From: Zootoca vivipara
Lineage: Eukaryota
Direction of reading: 5' to 3'
DNA: 64,000 nucleotides
Assembly: GCF_963506605.1 (NCBI RefSeq)
Contig: NC_083288.1
Span: 45,136,001 to 45,200,000 of the forward strand
Shown: piece after piece, positions 50,019 to 62,596 of the stretch
How the letters are laid out: every line of letters begins with the position of its first letter
Position numbering within the stretch: position 1 is the first letter of the stretch
Translations under genes and position numbers: made by a program
The notes under the pieces: generated by a model
What the model was told of the DNA's origin: nothing
Databases searched by the model: none
Seen by the model: the letters and a program-made list of their open reading frames with translations, nothing else

Positions 50019-50957
50019 ATGGAGTGTGAAAACCAAACGGGACAGTACCATTTCATCATTGTTGGGTTTCCTTATCCCCATGAACTACGAGTCCCGTTGT
50101 TCCTCTTTTTCCTGCTCATCTACCTGCTCACCTTCATCGGAAACCTCATGATCCTCTTGGCAGTGGCATTTGAGCCCCGGCTGCACAAACCCATGTATTG
50201 GTTCCTTTGCCACTTGTCCTTCTTGGATATGACTGTCTCCTCAGTGGTGGTGCCCAAGGTGGTCGCTGGGTTTCTTGAAGGTGGTGGGGTCATCTCCTTT
50301 GGTGGTTGCGTGACCCAACTCTTCTTCTTCCACTTCCTGGGCTGCACTGAATGTTTCCTCTATACCGTCATGGCCTATGACCGCTTCCTGGCCATCTGCA
50401 AGCCGCTCCGCTATGGCACTATCATGAGCCATAAAGCTTGCCTCTGCCTCTCCTTTGGGACCTGGTTCGGGGGCTCCTTGCACTCTATGATACAGACCAC
50501 TCTCACCTTCCACTTGCCCTATGGCCATGGGGACCAAGTGGGCTATATCTTCTGTGACATCCCAGCTGTGCTTAAGCTGGCCTGTGCTGACACAGCACTC
50601 AACGAGATGGTGACCTTTGTAGACATTGGCTTCTTGGCCATGACCTGCTTCCTCCTCATCCTCACATCCTACGTGTACATCATCTCTGCAATCCTGAGGA
50701 TCCGTAGCGCTGAGGGACGTCGCCGAGCATTTTCCACTTGCGCTGCTCACATCACAGTTGTCATAACTTACTATGTTCCCCTAGTGTTCATCTATCTGAG
50801 GCCAGGGTCTGAAGACCCACTGGACGGAGTGGTGGCCGTGTTCTACACCACTGTAACCCCACTCCTGAATCCCGTCATTTATACATTGAGGAACAAGGAG
50901 ATGAAGTGTGCATTAAGAAAGTTGTGGAGCAGGAATATGTCTTCACCAATTGAATGA
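50019..50957 (+). CDS. OR10G6: Olfactory receptor 10G6-like, 312 aa
   Basis: OR motifs. FLCHLSFLDMT, FHFLGCTECFLYT, YIFCDIPA, VTFxDIGFLAxTCF and PLDGVVAVFYT recall human OR10G6 (from memory; orthology not tested). Confidence 0.85.
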   Translation: MECENQTGQYHFIIVGFPYPHELRVPLFLFFLLIYLLTFIGNLMILLAVAFEPRLHKPMYWFLCHLSFLDMTVSSVVVPKVVAGFLEGGGVISFGGCVTQLFFFHFLGCTECFLYTVMAYDRFLAICKPLRYGTIMSHKACLCLSFGTWFGGSLHSMIQTTLTFHLPYGHGDQVGYIFCDIPAVLKLACADTALNEMVTFVDIGFLAMTCFLLILTSYVYIISAILRIRSAEGRRRAFSTCAAHITVVITYYVPLVFIYLRPGSEDPLDGVVAVFYTTVTPLLNPVIYTLRNKEMKCALRKLWSRNMSSPIE

Positions 50958-51744
50958 TTACCTGGGCAGCTAATAGGATTTCACTGGCCATTAGCTGTGT
51001 TCACTCAGACAATATGGGGAATGCTATCTTATACTATGTTGGTGCATAATAGAAATATGTTCATTTTCCAATGGTGTCTGTGGTGAACAAGAATCTTGGG
51101 TGATCTAAAGAATGTTTCTAGCTAATCAGTTTTCTTAAAGGTGGGCATTGGGGAAAGGGAATGTGGAATGAATCAACTTCCCCATACATATGGGGCTGGG
51201 GTTTGTTGTGAGGGTGCTGTTGGTTTTTCTGTATCTTTATTCTAGATATTGTTGTGATTTATATGGAAATTATTCTATTTGGCTGGGTATTATTAAATGT
51301 TTGTGACTACTTTTGTTATGTTGTAGTTACATTTTTTAAAAAACGTAAGTTGCCTTGAGCATGGTTTTAACTGTGCAACAGTGGCATACACATAAAATCA
51401 TGTATGTATATATGAAATTTTATTTGTATGCCACCTTTCCATAGTTCAAACCATGTTCGAGGCAACTTACAACTAGGGGGAAAACCCCACACAATTCTGA
51501 CATAACAAAACGAGTCACAAAATACACAAAAACACATAACCAAATTAAACAATTTCAACATAATAAGAGCTAAAGTAAATATATTTTTTGGTATATCATT
51601 AACAGCAACAACGCCATAAACAAAACCCCATAAACAATACCCCAGCCTAAGAGTCCATTTAGCAGCCACAGTAGCTCAAGTCAGTCAGGGCCCTGTGCTC
51701 CCAGACCAAGTGGAAAAGGGAGATGGCCTTCCAAGATTCACGCT

Positions 51745-52620
51745 TCTGATGGGAATAAGCACCACCCATGGCAGAACTCAACAAACTTTTGCATGGACAG
51801 GCGGAGTCCCCCAAACCCCAGGCGACCCCCTGAGCAGAATAATGACGCAAGAAAATGTGCTATGGGATTCAAATTGGCCACAACTTTATTAAGATTCAGA
51901 TGTAGGGAGACCTTGGCTCAGGCATTGGGCGTTATCCTCCCCAGTGCCCAGCCGGGGTTCTGGGAGGCTTCGGGGTTATCCAAATACATGGGGGTTGGGG
52001 CTGGCTCTGGAGAACATATGTTCAAGCAGAGAGAGCCCACCCCCCTGTTCGCCGCCACTGGAAGGGGGAAGCGATGACACCTATTGGTATGGTCAATGCT
52101 TCCCCCAATACGCCAATCTTGTCACCGCATGGGGGTGAGGTGTCTGCCTCATGCCCCTCCCTCTTGGAAAGTCACCAAAGAATTCTGCCCAAGGCCTGAA
52201 ACCGCCAAAGTTGTGACGTATTGCTATGGGAAAGGCAAAACCTGCCAATGCAGGAAAATTCCTTTCCGGCCCATCAACAGCGACCTTGACGTAGCAGCAC
52301 CTGTATACCTGTAGAAAAAGATTAACCTGCAAAAGAAACTTGAATGAGGGTGTGGAGGGTGGGAGAAGCTCTGGAGCCAGCTGGTGCTTGGAGGTAAGAT
52401 TCAAATTCTATTGTGTGAGCTGGAAAGTCCCTCACCTTACCTGGCCATCCCCTGGCAACATCTCCCCAGGCAGGATTGGACGCTAGGCTGGGGTAGGCGG
52501 AGACCCCAGGCATCCTACCTGGGAAGGCGGTGCCAGCCCCAAACTACCAGGGAGTTGCATTATGGGATCAGGGGGCTGCGCGCGACCACTCAAAGGTCGC
52601 TCCCCATTTGATGTGTGAAG
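51745..52620 (-). mobile_element. Unclassified repeat, family of 22000-22648
   Basis: Same conserved blocks; its left part recurs inverted at 55722-55868. Confidence 0.55.
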
Positions 52621-53631
52621 CGGTCATTCTCACCAAGTTCTCACCTGTTCAAGCTGTACAACTGCAGCAACACAATTGGTATCCATGCTCTTAACTTGGG
52701 GTGGCAGGAAGATGTAAAATCCTCAAGCAGGCTGAACCAATTTTCTTTGGCATCTTCATTACCCCTTCCCCCAACCTGGCTGCAACTCTTTTGGGCGACT
52801 GGCGAGAGTCAGCGGAGCAATGTGTGTAAATTTTAGTCTTATACAATAAGCTTTGTACACACACACTCACATACTTCTTTATACATCCAGAGAAGCAGGA
52901 TGGATGGATTCATCCAGAGAAGCAAGATGAAGAGTCTGAGGACACATTCCCATTAGGCAAAAAACTCAATGTGCAAAGCAGGACAAATGAAGGGGTTTGT
53001 GGAGGTGGAGGTAGACGAGTACAGGACTTACTCCCTGGTAAATGTTACAGTAAGGGTGGGAACCTCAGGTCCCGGGACCAAATGCAATCTACCACCCACT
53101 TAAATCAAGTAAATAAATAAAAATACTTAACTAAAAGTAGAAATAATCAGAATATTTGAAACTGAAATGCTCACTGGAGTCACTCCCGTGACGTTGTAGC
53201 ACATTCTAGGAATGCAACTAGCAACCTGACTGAGTGATAGGTGTGGCTTCCATGAACTGACCAATCGTGTTGCAGGTAGCTCAGTTCTGGAACAGGACAG
53301 GTGGGTGTCCTTTCTCCCTCCTCCACCCACGTCTCTAGGCCACACCCCCTTTCCCAAGCCACACCCCTGACCAGCCCTACTTCATACTCTCCCCTTGCCT
53401 GGTTGGAATGTGACAGGGAGCTCTGTTAATGCTCCTTGCTTGCCTGAATGGAGAATACAATGAGAGCCCTGCTGGTTCAGGCAGGCAGAGTTTCATCTAG
53501 TCCAGCATCCTGTTCTCACAGTGTCCACCCAGATGCCCATGGGAAATTTTCAAGGAGGGCCTGAGTGCAACAGCATTTCCCCCATCCTGTGCTTTCCAGC
53601 AGCTGGAATTAAGACTCATGTTGCTTCTGAC

Positions 53632-54448
53632 GATTGCCGGAAGAAATATCAACAACCTCAGATATGCAGATGACACAACCTTGATGGCAGAAAGTGAGGA
53701 GGAGTTAAAGAACCTTTTAATGAGGGTGAAAGAGGAGAGTGCAAAATATGGTCTGAAGCTCAACATAAAAAAACAACCAAGATCATGGCCACTGGTCCCA
53801 TCACCTTCTGGCAAATAGAAGGGGAAGAAATGGAGGCAGTGAGAGATTTTACTTTCTTTGGCTCCTTGATCACTGCAGATGGTGACAGCAGTCACAAAAT
53901 TAAAAGACGCCTGCTTCTTGGGAGAAAAGCAATGACAAACCTAGACAGCATCTTAGAAAGCAGAGACATCACCTTGCCGACAAAGGTCCGTATAGTTAAA
54001 GCTATGGTTTTCCCAGTAGTGATGTACGGAAGTGAGAGCAGGACCATAAAGAAGGCTGATCGCCGAAGAATTGATGCTTTTGAATTATGGTGCTGGAGGA
54101 GACTCTTGAGAGTCCCATGGACTGCAAGAAGATCAAACCTATCCATTCTGAAGGAAATCAGCCCTGAGTGCTCACTGGAAGGACAGATCCTGAAGCTGAG
54201 GCTCCAATACTTTGGCCACTCATGAGAAGAGAAGACTCCCTGGGAAAGACCCTGATGTTGGGAAAGATGGAGGGCACAAGGAGAAGGGGACAACAGAGGA
54301 TGAGATGGTTGGACAGTGTTCTCGAAGAGACAAACATGAGTTTGACCAAACTGCGGGAGGCAGTGGAAGACAGGAGTGCCTGGCGTGCTATGGTCCATGG
54401 GGTCATGAAAAGTCAGACACGACCAAACTACTAAACAACAACAACAAC
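53632..54448 (+). mobile_element. BovB (RTE) LINE, 5'-truncated
   Basis: NNLRYADDTTL RT motif, frameshifts, (CAA)n tail, TSD TGCTTCTGAC. Confidence 0.93.
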
Positions 54449-55099
54449 TGCTTCTGACAGTGGAGATAAAACATAGCCATCAGGGTTCGTGACCACTGAT
54501 AACCTTATCCTCTATGAATCTCTCTAATCTAAAGTCATCAAAGTTGGAGTCTATCGTTGTGTCTTATGGGAGTGAGTTTCATGGCTTAAGCATGTACTGA
54601 TGATGATGATGTTGATGATGATGATTACAATTTATATTTCACCCTTCATCAGAAGATCCCGGGGCAGTGTACCACATTAAAAACACATTACAGAGCATCA
54701 ATGATTAAAGCATAATAAAAATCATAATGTCAGACAGCTTAATAGGGTATAGAGAGGCATACAAGCATGCGTAGAAATTAACTTATTGCACAATGGTAAA
54801 ACTCACATGCATGGCTGTGTCTACTTTTGCTTCTGGCTCCACCCACAACTGGAGTATGGCCCCTGTAAACCCAGAGGGAATGTAGCTTTGGTATGTAAAA
54901 GTTCCCTCCCCTGTGTTTGCTAGGAAAATGAAGCTTCTGTCTCTCAACAGGGGGAATTAATGAAGCGATCCTGCTAGAATACCCAGAGGAAACTGTTCTG
55001 TTTGTCCTAGCTGGTTATGCCCTTGCCGATATCAGCAGCACAATGTTGCCGTGTCAGTTGGGTTGGGTGAAAGGAAGAGAGCAACGAGATTGCCCCCTT

Positions 55100-55293
55100 A
55101 ATGGTGGGAGCATCCCTGATACTCCCTGGACATCAGCCAGGGGCCTCTCAGGCCCCCATGGAGCATATCCTTCCTCTAGAAGGCTGTGGTTTGGACTGTG
55201 CAAGTATATAGACTGGCGGACACTCAAGAACTGTGCCACACTGAAAGTAATGCCTACATACATCATCGCACTTCAGGTTTACAGGAGGTGAGA
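55100..55293 (+). promoter_or_regulatory. Putative 5' non-coding exon of the OR10S1-like gene (duplicated at about 63425-63605)
   Basis: Both copies contain GAG|GTGAG, a donor-like site; the ATG at 56539 follows a CAG acceptor. Confidence 0.4.
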
Positions 55294-56538
55294 ATATCTG
55301 AATGCAAAAGTTATGCTTCTATTAAGATATGCACATATCCTTCTGGGAAGCTCTCTAGCTGGTGGTTCATTACTCAAAGAGCATTGGGGAGCAGGTTCTG
55401 CTAGAACATCTCTTTCTGAATTTCAGTTGCTGGAAGCTACAGGAGAGAAGAGTGCTGTTGCAATCAGGTCTCATAGGCATCCAGTTGACCAGAATGCTGG
55501 ACCAGATAGGCCTTTGGATGTTCTTATGTTTTAAAACAATTTTTGAAAAAGGAAATGAATCCAGACTAGCCGCAAGCTAGGTCAGTAGAAAGCAATGTTT
55601 GTTCCCATTGTATGCTTGTCCAGAAAATGTGCTGGGAGCTTGCAGCTGTGACAAAGGGAGGAAAGCGTCCCTCTCCAAAACTTCAGAGAATTTAATTCTT
55701 CTAAAATTGACTTTTATTTTACAACGCCCAATGCTTGAGCCAAGGTCTCCCTACATCTGAATCTTAATAAAATTGTGGCCAAATTTAATCCCATAGCAAG
55801 TTGTATTGAGTCATTATTCCACTTGGGGGTTGCCTGGGTTTTGGGGGACTCTGCCTGTCCACGCAAAATATTAAAATACAGTAATCCATCGAACATTAAA
55901 AGCTTCCCTAAACAGGGCTGCCTTCAGATGTCTTCTAGAAGTCTGGTAGTTGTTGTTCTCTTTGACATCTGTTGGGAGGGCATGTCTGAGTTTGAGGTTT
56001 GGTTGTTTTTTAAAAAATAGCCAAACGTCAAATTCTAGTCCTGCATCCTGATATAATGTTGGCCAAGTTGGTAGATGCCTAAGAGAAGCTGTAAACAAGG
56101 ACTTCCGTGCAGCAGCACTTCTCCCTACTTGTGATTCCAAGTAACTGGAATTCAGAAGCATCCTTCCTCCAATAGTGAAGGTGAAACATAGTCATCAGGG
56201 TTAGCAATACATACCCATGGCAGTTAAAAGAGCAAAAGAAGGAGAGAGAGGAAGAGGGAGAAGGAATTGATAAAGAAAGAGACAGAGAAAATGAAACAAG
56301 CCTGACAATTATTTTATTTCATCATTTGAATGTCTAAATTACTATTCTTCCTGTTAGGAGCTGCAGGGCTCATACTGCCAACCTTTGTGTATATATGCAA
56401 CTTCCCCTTGTGGTGAGCCAGTGCCACTGAACTGCATGTTGCAACTTGCATGTTTTCACATCCTTTAGTTATCCTTTGATCTTGTCTTACCCTTCCATTC
56501 AGATTACTCACTTTGTTCCTTGCCTCCTGTGCTATCAG

Positions 56539-57477
56539 ATGGACCCTGCCAACCACACTGTGACGGTCTTTGTCCTGGGGGTGCTGCCAAACACAGCCGA
56601 ACTCCCCCTTCTCTTCTTCCTCATCTTCTTGGCCATCTACATGCTTACTGTGCTGGGGAACCTCCTCATCCTGATCACCATCTTGTTAGAACCCCAACTC
56701 CATCGTCTCCCCATGTACTTCTTCCTCTGCCACCTCTCCTTCCTAGACACCTGTCTCTCCTCTGTCACAGTGCCCAAAGTCTTGGCGGGCTTCCTAAGGT
56801 CCAGCTACAGAACCATCTCCTTTGGAGGCTGCATCGTCCAGCTCTATACCTTCCACTTCTTGGCAAGCACCGAGTGCTTCCTTTACACTGTCATGGCTTA
56901 TGACCGCTACCTTGCCATCTGCCGCCCGCTGAACTACAGTACACTCATGAACAGGAGGGTCTGCTCTGGTCTCACAGCTGGGACCTGGCTCACTGGGTCC
57001 TTTCATGCCGCTATCCATACCAGCCTGACGTTCCGTCTGCCCTACTGTGGTCCCAACCAAGTGGACTACTTCTTTTGTGACATACCACCAGTGCTCAAAC
57101 TAGCCTGTGCTGACACATCGGTGAACCATGCCATCATACTAGCCAACATAGGCGCTGTGGCTGCCGGCTGCTTTGTGCTCATATGTACCTCCTATGCCTA
57201 CATCACATCCGCCATTCTGAAAATCCGAACAACAGAGGGAAGGCGCCGTGCCTTCTCCACTTGCAGTGCTCACCTTACCGTGGTGCTGCTCTACTACGGC
57301 CCTCCAGTCTTTATATACTTGCGTCCATCTTCAAGTGCCTCCACCTATGGGACTCTAGCTGTATTCTACACCATCATCACTCCTATGTTGAACCCGTTCA
57401 TATACACATTGCGGAACAAGGAAGTGAAAAGGGCGTTGAGGAAATCATTCAAGAGACATGTTGCTTCTCAGGAATGA
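56539..57477 (+). CDS. OR10S1: Olfactory receptor 10S1-like, 312 aa (ATG at 56539, directly after a CAG acceptor)
   Basis: FHFLASTECFLYTVMAYDRYLAIC, HAAIHTSLTFRL, FFCDIPPVLKLAC, IGxVAAGC and PMLNPFIYTLRNKEVK recall human OR10S1 (from memory; orthology not tested). Confidence 0.85.
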   Translation: MDPANHTVTVFVLGVLPNTAELPLLFFLIFLAIYMLTVLGNLLILITILLEPQLHRLPMYFFLCHLSFLDTCLSSVTVPKVLAGFLRSSYRTISFGGCIVQLYTFHFLASTECFLYTVMAYDRYLAICRPLNYSTLMNRRVCSGLTAGTWLTGSFHAAIHTSLTFRLPYCGPNQVDYFFCDIPPVLKLACADTSVNHAIILANIGAVAAGCFVLICTSYAYITSAILKIRTTEGRRRAFSTCSAHLTVVLLYYGPPVFIYLRPSSSASTYGTLAVFYTIITPMLNPFIYTLRNKEVKRALRKSFKRHVASQE

Positions 57478-58864
57478 TAGGTTGGGCAGTCAGATTCCAC
57501 AGGGCTCTGCATAAATTTAGAAGCAGATTTATTGGACTGCGATGGAAGAGGGGCTGGGGTACCATTTTCAACATGAGGGCCACAGTCCCATCTGTGCAAC
57601 CTTCTTAGGGACACATTCCAGTGGTGGCATGACTAGGGGCAAAAACACGCAGAGCAACAGAACCTGAGTGGTCCAACGTTCATATAATATAGTAGGGAGT
57701 GATTTAAATGTTCTTCCTCTTACTCTCAGCTGTGGTATGCTTTCTCTCTTATAGGTGTTGCTAGGATCTGAACCAAAAGCCATATCAGAAACATCAGAGT
57801 GAGATTCCTGAGATGTGTATGTCCACAATTGCCTAATTTGAAGTCAGTTAAGTGGTCAAGCTTAAGGCTGCAATCACACAGCAGTATATTCCTATCCCCC
57901 TCACCAAACTACAGTTGTTGCAATGGTTTTTACAACAACCTATCTTCCTAGGGAATCCTGGGAACTGTAGCTTTTGTGAGAGGAACAGGGGTTAGAACCC
58001 TTAACAAACTACAACTCCCGGAATATATTGGGGGGGGAGGCATGACTGGTGTAAGTGGTATCATGGTGCTTTAAATGCATGGTGTCGGGGACTAGGCAGA
58101 GGAGGAATGGTGGAGACCACCTCCTCAGCCTGACCCTTCCAGGGAGGAGGAAGAGGAAGACAGTTTAGATCACGGGTTTCAAACTCAAGGTCCGCAGGCC
58201 AAATGCGGCCCGCCAGACCTCGTCATGTGGCCCGCCGAGCGCCCCGGCCAGCGGGACCCAGCAGCGGGACCTTGCTGCTGAAGCGCCGCGCCGACAAAGC
58301 ACCGAAAAACAGCTGGGGCCTGGGGAGGGGGTAGAAAGGCGGCCGGAGCAGCGCTGCGTGGAGCGCCCCGAGCCACAGCAGGAGAAGGAAGAGGCAGCTT
58401 GCCGGGTCAGCGCCCGGCAGCACCATACGGAGAGTGCCGAGCCTCTGGGACGCAGCAGTGCTCTGTAGCACTTTGAATCCTCCTCCTCCTGCCATGGCTC
58501 GGTGCCTGGAAACGGCTGCTGTTGCTGCTGCTGAAGCACAGACAAAACACCCAGCAGCGCCGCGTGGAGGAGGATTCAAAGTGCTACAGAGCACTGCTGC
58601 GTCCCAGAGGCTCGGCACTCTCCGTACGGTGCTGCCGGGCACCGACCCGACAAGCCGCCTCCTCCTCCTCTTGCCTCACCTCCTCCTCCTCCTGCCGCGG
58701 CTCAGCCTCATGAACGTGAGCTCAGCAGCGGCTCAGCCTCATGAACGTGCAACTCTGAGGCTTTACGCACGTCTGCTAAAACGGACACCCGCTGCCTCAC
58801 GCTGCACGGGAAATGCTTTTTGCCCCTGGGTCCCTTCGCGCTCTTTTCTGGCGCTGAATCAAGG

Positions 58865-59181
58865 CTTCCCTTTCTTTCTTCCTCTCTCTCATTCTTATTC
58901 TTTCTTTCCCTCTCCTTCCTTCCTTCTTTATCTCTGTCTTCTCTCCATCTTTCTTTTTCTTTCCTTCTTTATTCCCTTCCTTCTTTCCTACTCTTCTTTC
59001 TCTCCCCTCTTTCCTTCCTCTCTCCCTCCTGCTCCTTCCTTCCTTCCTTCCTTCCCATCTTTCTTCCTCTCCCTCATTCTTATTCTTTCTTTCCCTCTCT
59101 ACTTCCTTCCTTCTTTCTCCCTTTCCATCTTTTCTCCCTCTTTCTTTTTCTTTCCTTCTTTATTCCCTTCCTTATTTCCTA
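58865..59181. repeat. Pyrimidine-rich low-complexity tract
   Basis: Almost pure C/T. Confidence 0.9.
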
Positions 59182-59319
59182 NNNNNNNNNNNNNNNNNNN
59201 NNNNNNNNNNNNNNNNNNNNNNNNNNNNNNNNNNNNNNNNNNNNNNNNNNNNNNNNNNNNNNNNNNNNNNNNNNNNNNNNNNNNNNNNNNNNNNNNNNNN
59301 NNNNNNNNNNNNNNNNNNN
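59182..59319. other. Assembly gap (138 N)
   Basis: Run of N. Confidence 1.
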
Positions 59320-61034
59320 ATAGGATGCTGCTTTATACTTCTGGCCCTTAAACCCTGGAACCAGGAGAGCAGCTCCAGTGAGTCAACCTCAGCCAGTCCC
59401 TTTGGTGAAGGGTGGTGGCTCACTGGCAGAACATCTGTCCTGCATGCAGAAGGACCCCAGCATCTCCAGGTACCAGTAGCTCTGCAAAGCTCCTGCAGGA
59501 AACCCTAGCGAGCCTCCACCACCCAGTGCAGTTACAAAAAAAATCATTTTTCAATAAATTGTACAATAATATCTACTTGCCATTATTCTGACTATGTTTC
59601 TGCTTTCAGAGCTAGTTATTACTTACATTATTACAAAAAAACAGTAATAATTGAATGCAGTGACAATAATTTATGATAATAAAGAGTGGACACATAGTCC
59701 TACAGATACAACCGGCCCTTTGAGGGTGACCAAACTGCTGATGCAGCCCCCGATGAATTTGAGTTTGACACCCCTGGTTTAGATGTACAACCGGGAGGTC
59801 ACAGCTCAGAGGTAGATGAGGGGAAAAGTTGGGAGATAATGGGAGAGGAGGGTGTGAGGCATCAGCTGACGGACACGGTGCCATTGGAAAGCCTTCCAGA
59901 CCCCCCTCTCCCAGAACCCAGTGAGCCTTAAAAGTAGGAGAGCAAAGAGCTCAAAGACAGAGGGCATGTAGCAGCACCTGTAGAAGTGACGAATGAAGAA
60001 GTGGGAGAATCAGCACGTAGAGATTCAATCAGGACAACACATTTATTCCAGAGGCTGGGTTCTCTTGCCTCTTTCTGTAATTATTGAATAAAAAAGATGG
60101 TAAGAACCTTCCCGTGTATTTTATACTTCCCTTAATATTGCACATGCATGAAGCAACTGGATATATAAAATCTGATTCCTTTGGGAATAAAAATTGTCCA
60201 GCTCTACTAACCAGAACTTCTTCAAAATAGGTACAAAAACAATCAATGATACATCCAAATAATTCCATAAAGCATATTCTTATCCAAGCATAGGTTTCTC
60301 TTCTTAAATATATAACATAATTATGATCAGGGCAATAAATCAAAGCTCTGTCTCTTCCATAGCTTGCATCCAGCCTAAAGCTAAGCAGTTCCTGAAGAGG
60401 CTTTTTGACTGCCCAGGAACAAAAACCCAAGAGGCAACTCTGTTTCAAAATGGAGATTTGCAATTGAATACGTTAATCACATGTGTTTTAAGGTTAAACA
60501 TTCATGTGAGAGCTAGCAGAGAACACCAACAGTTAATTATCAACTCAGTTAGAAGCTTAGAGAGCACTCTTCTAGCTTAGTATACTCCAATGGAATTTCC
60601 AATGTTAAACCCTTAGTAATAGACGTACAGGCAATTTCTATTTTAGTGTGAATTAAACAATTATCCTTAACAGAGTGTGTGTCACTTGTTCGGATATGCA
60701 TCCTAGCTTGTTTAGCCCTGCATGGCACCTAATTTATAACACTTTCCTGCTTTCCACTCTGTTACGATTTGAGATATATAGTCTGAGTTTGATTCCTTCA
60801 TCCAATGGCAGCCAGCTCAATCTAAACTATACATTTCAAGCAGTATGATACCACTTTAAACTGTCTTGCCTTCCTCCAAAGAATCCTGGGAACTCTAATT
60901 CCTTAAGGAACTGAGAGTTGGTAGGAAACCCCCTTTCCTCTCCCAGTTACAATTCTCAGTAGTCCATGAGAAGAGGGATTGTGTGTTAAACCACTCTGGG
61001 AATGGTAGCTTTCTGGGGGTAATAGGAGTCTTCT

Positions 61035-62596
61035 AGCAGAAAGATATGGATGTCTTGGACACCCCAGGTAGTGTGGTTGCTGACCTTGAGCCAAACATCC
61101 TGGAGAGTGAAGTCAAATGGGCCTTAGAAAGCACTGCTAATAACAAGGCCAGTGGAAGTGATGGTATTCCAGCTGAACTATTTAAAATTTTAAAAGATGA
61201 TGCTGTTAAGGTGCTACACTCAATATGCCAGCAAGTTTGGAAAACTCAGCAGTGGCCAGAGGATTGGAGATCAGTCTACATCCCAATCCCAAAGAAGGGC
61301 AGTGCCAAAGAATGCTCCAACTACCACACAATTGTGCTCATTTCACATCCTAGCAAGGTCATGCTTAAAATTCTACAAGGCAGGCTTAAGCAGTATGTGG
61401 ACCAAGAACTCCCAGAAGTGCAAGCTGGATTTCGAAGGGGCAGAGGAACCAGAGACCAAATAGCAAACATGCACTGGATTATGGAGAAAGCTAGAGAGTT
61501 CCAGAAAAACATCTACTTCTGCTTCATTGACTATGCAAAAGCCTTTGACTGTGTCGACCACAGCAAACTATGGCAAGTTCTTAAAGAAATGGGAGTGCCT
61601 GATCACCTCATCTGTCTCCTGAGAAATCTCTATGTGGGACAAGAAGCTACAGTTAGAACTGGACATGGAATAACTGATTGGTTCAAAATTGGGAAATGAG
61701 TACGACAAGGCTGTATATTGTCTCCCTGCTTATTTAACTGATATGCAGAATTCATCATGCAAAAGGCTGGACTGGATGAATCCCAAACTGAAATTAAGAT
61801 TGCCGGGGGAAAATATCAACAACCTCAGATATGCAGATGACACAACCTTGATGGCAGAAAGTGAGGAGGACTTAAAATGAGGGTGAAAGAGGAGAGCACA
61901 AAATATGATCTGAAGTTCAACATCAAACAAACTAAGATAATGGCCACTGGTCCCATCACCTCCTGGCAAACAGAAGGGGAAGAAATGGAGGCAGTGAGAG
62001 ATTTTACTTTATTGGGCTCCTTGATCACTGCAGATGGTGACAGCAGAGACAAAATTAAAAGACTCCTGCTTCTTGGGAGAAAAGCGATGACAAACCTAGA
62101 CAGCATCTTAAAAAGCAGAGATCACCTTGCCAACAAAGGTCCGTATAGTTAAAGCTATGGTTTTCCCAGTAGTGATGCATGAAAGTGAGAGCTGGACCAT
62201 AAAGAAGGCTGATCGCCGAAGAATTGATGCTTTTGAATTATGGTGCTGGAGGAGACTCTTGAGAGTCCCATGGACTGCAAGAAGATCAAACCTATCCATT
62301 CTGAAGGAAATCAGCCCTGAGTGCTCACTGGAAGGACAGGTCGTGAACCTGAGACTCCAATACTTTGGCCACCTCATGAGAAGAGAAGACTCCCTGGAAA
62401 AGACCCTGATGTTGGGAAAGATTGAGGGCACAAGGAGAAGCAGATGACAGAGGACGAGATGGTTGGACAGTGTTCTCGAAGCTACCAACATGAGTCTGAC
62501 CAAACTGCAGGAGGCAGTGGAAGACAGGAGTGCCTGACATGCTCTGGTCCATGGGGTCACAAAGAGTCAGACACGACTAAACAACTAAACAACAAC
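61035..62596 (+). mobile_element. BovB (RTE) LINE, 5'-truncated, RT domain disrupted
   Basis: KASGSDGIPAELFK, QAGFRRGRGTRDQI, FIDYAKAFDCV, YADD; stops and frameshifts; CAA tail. Confidence 0.93.

Larger units (their letters stand above)
58171..59776. mobile_element. hAT non-autonomous element spanning the assembly gap
   Basis: TIR CACGGGTTTCAAACTC / GAGTTTGACACCCCTG, 8-bp TSD GTTTAGAT. Confidence 0.75.

Noticed and set aside
56446-56538. N-terminal extension giving a 343-aa OR
   Set aside because: Starts at a non-ATG codon and runs through a polypyrimidine tract and CAG acceptor; the ATG at 56539 gives a canonical length
58434-59351. 305-aa ORF
   Set aside because: Made of transposon palindrome, low-complexity tract and N gap
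61046-61699. Active reverse transcriptase gene
   Set aside because: 5'-truncated BovB with frameshifts and stops
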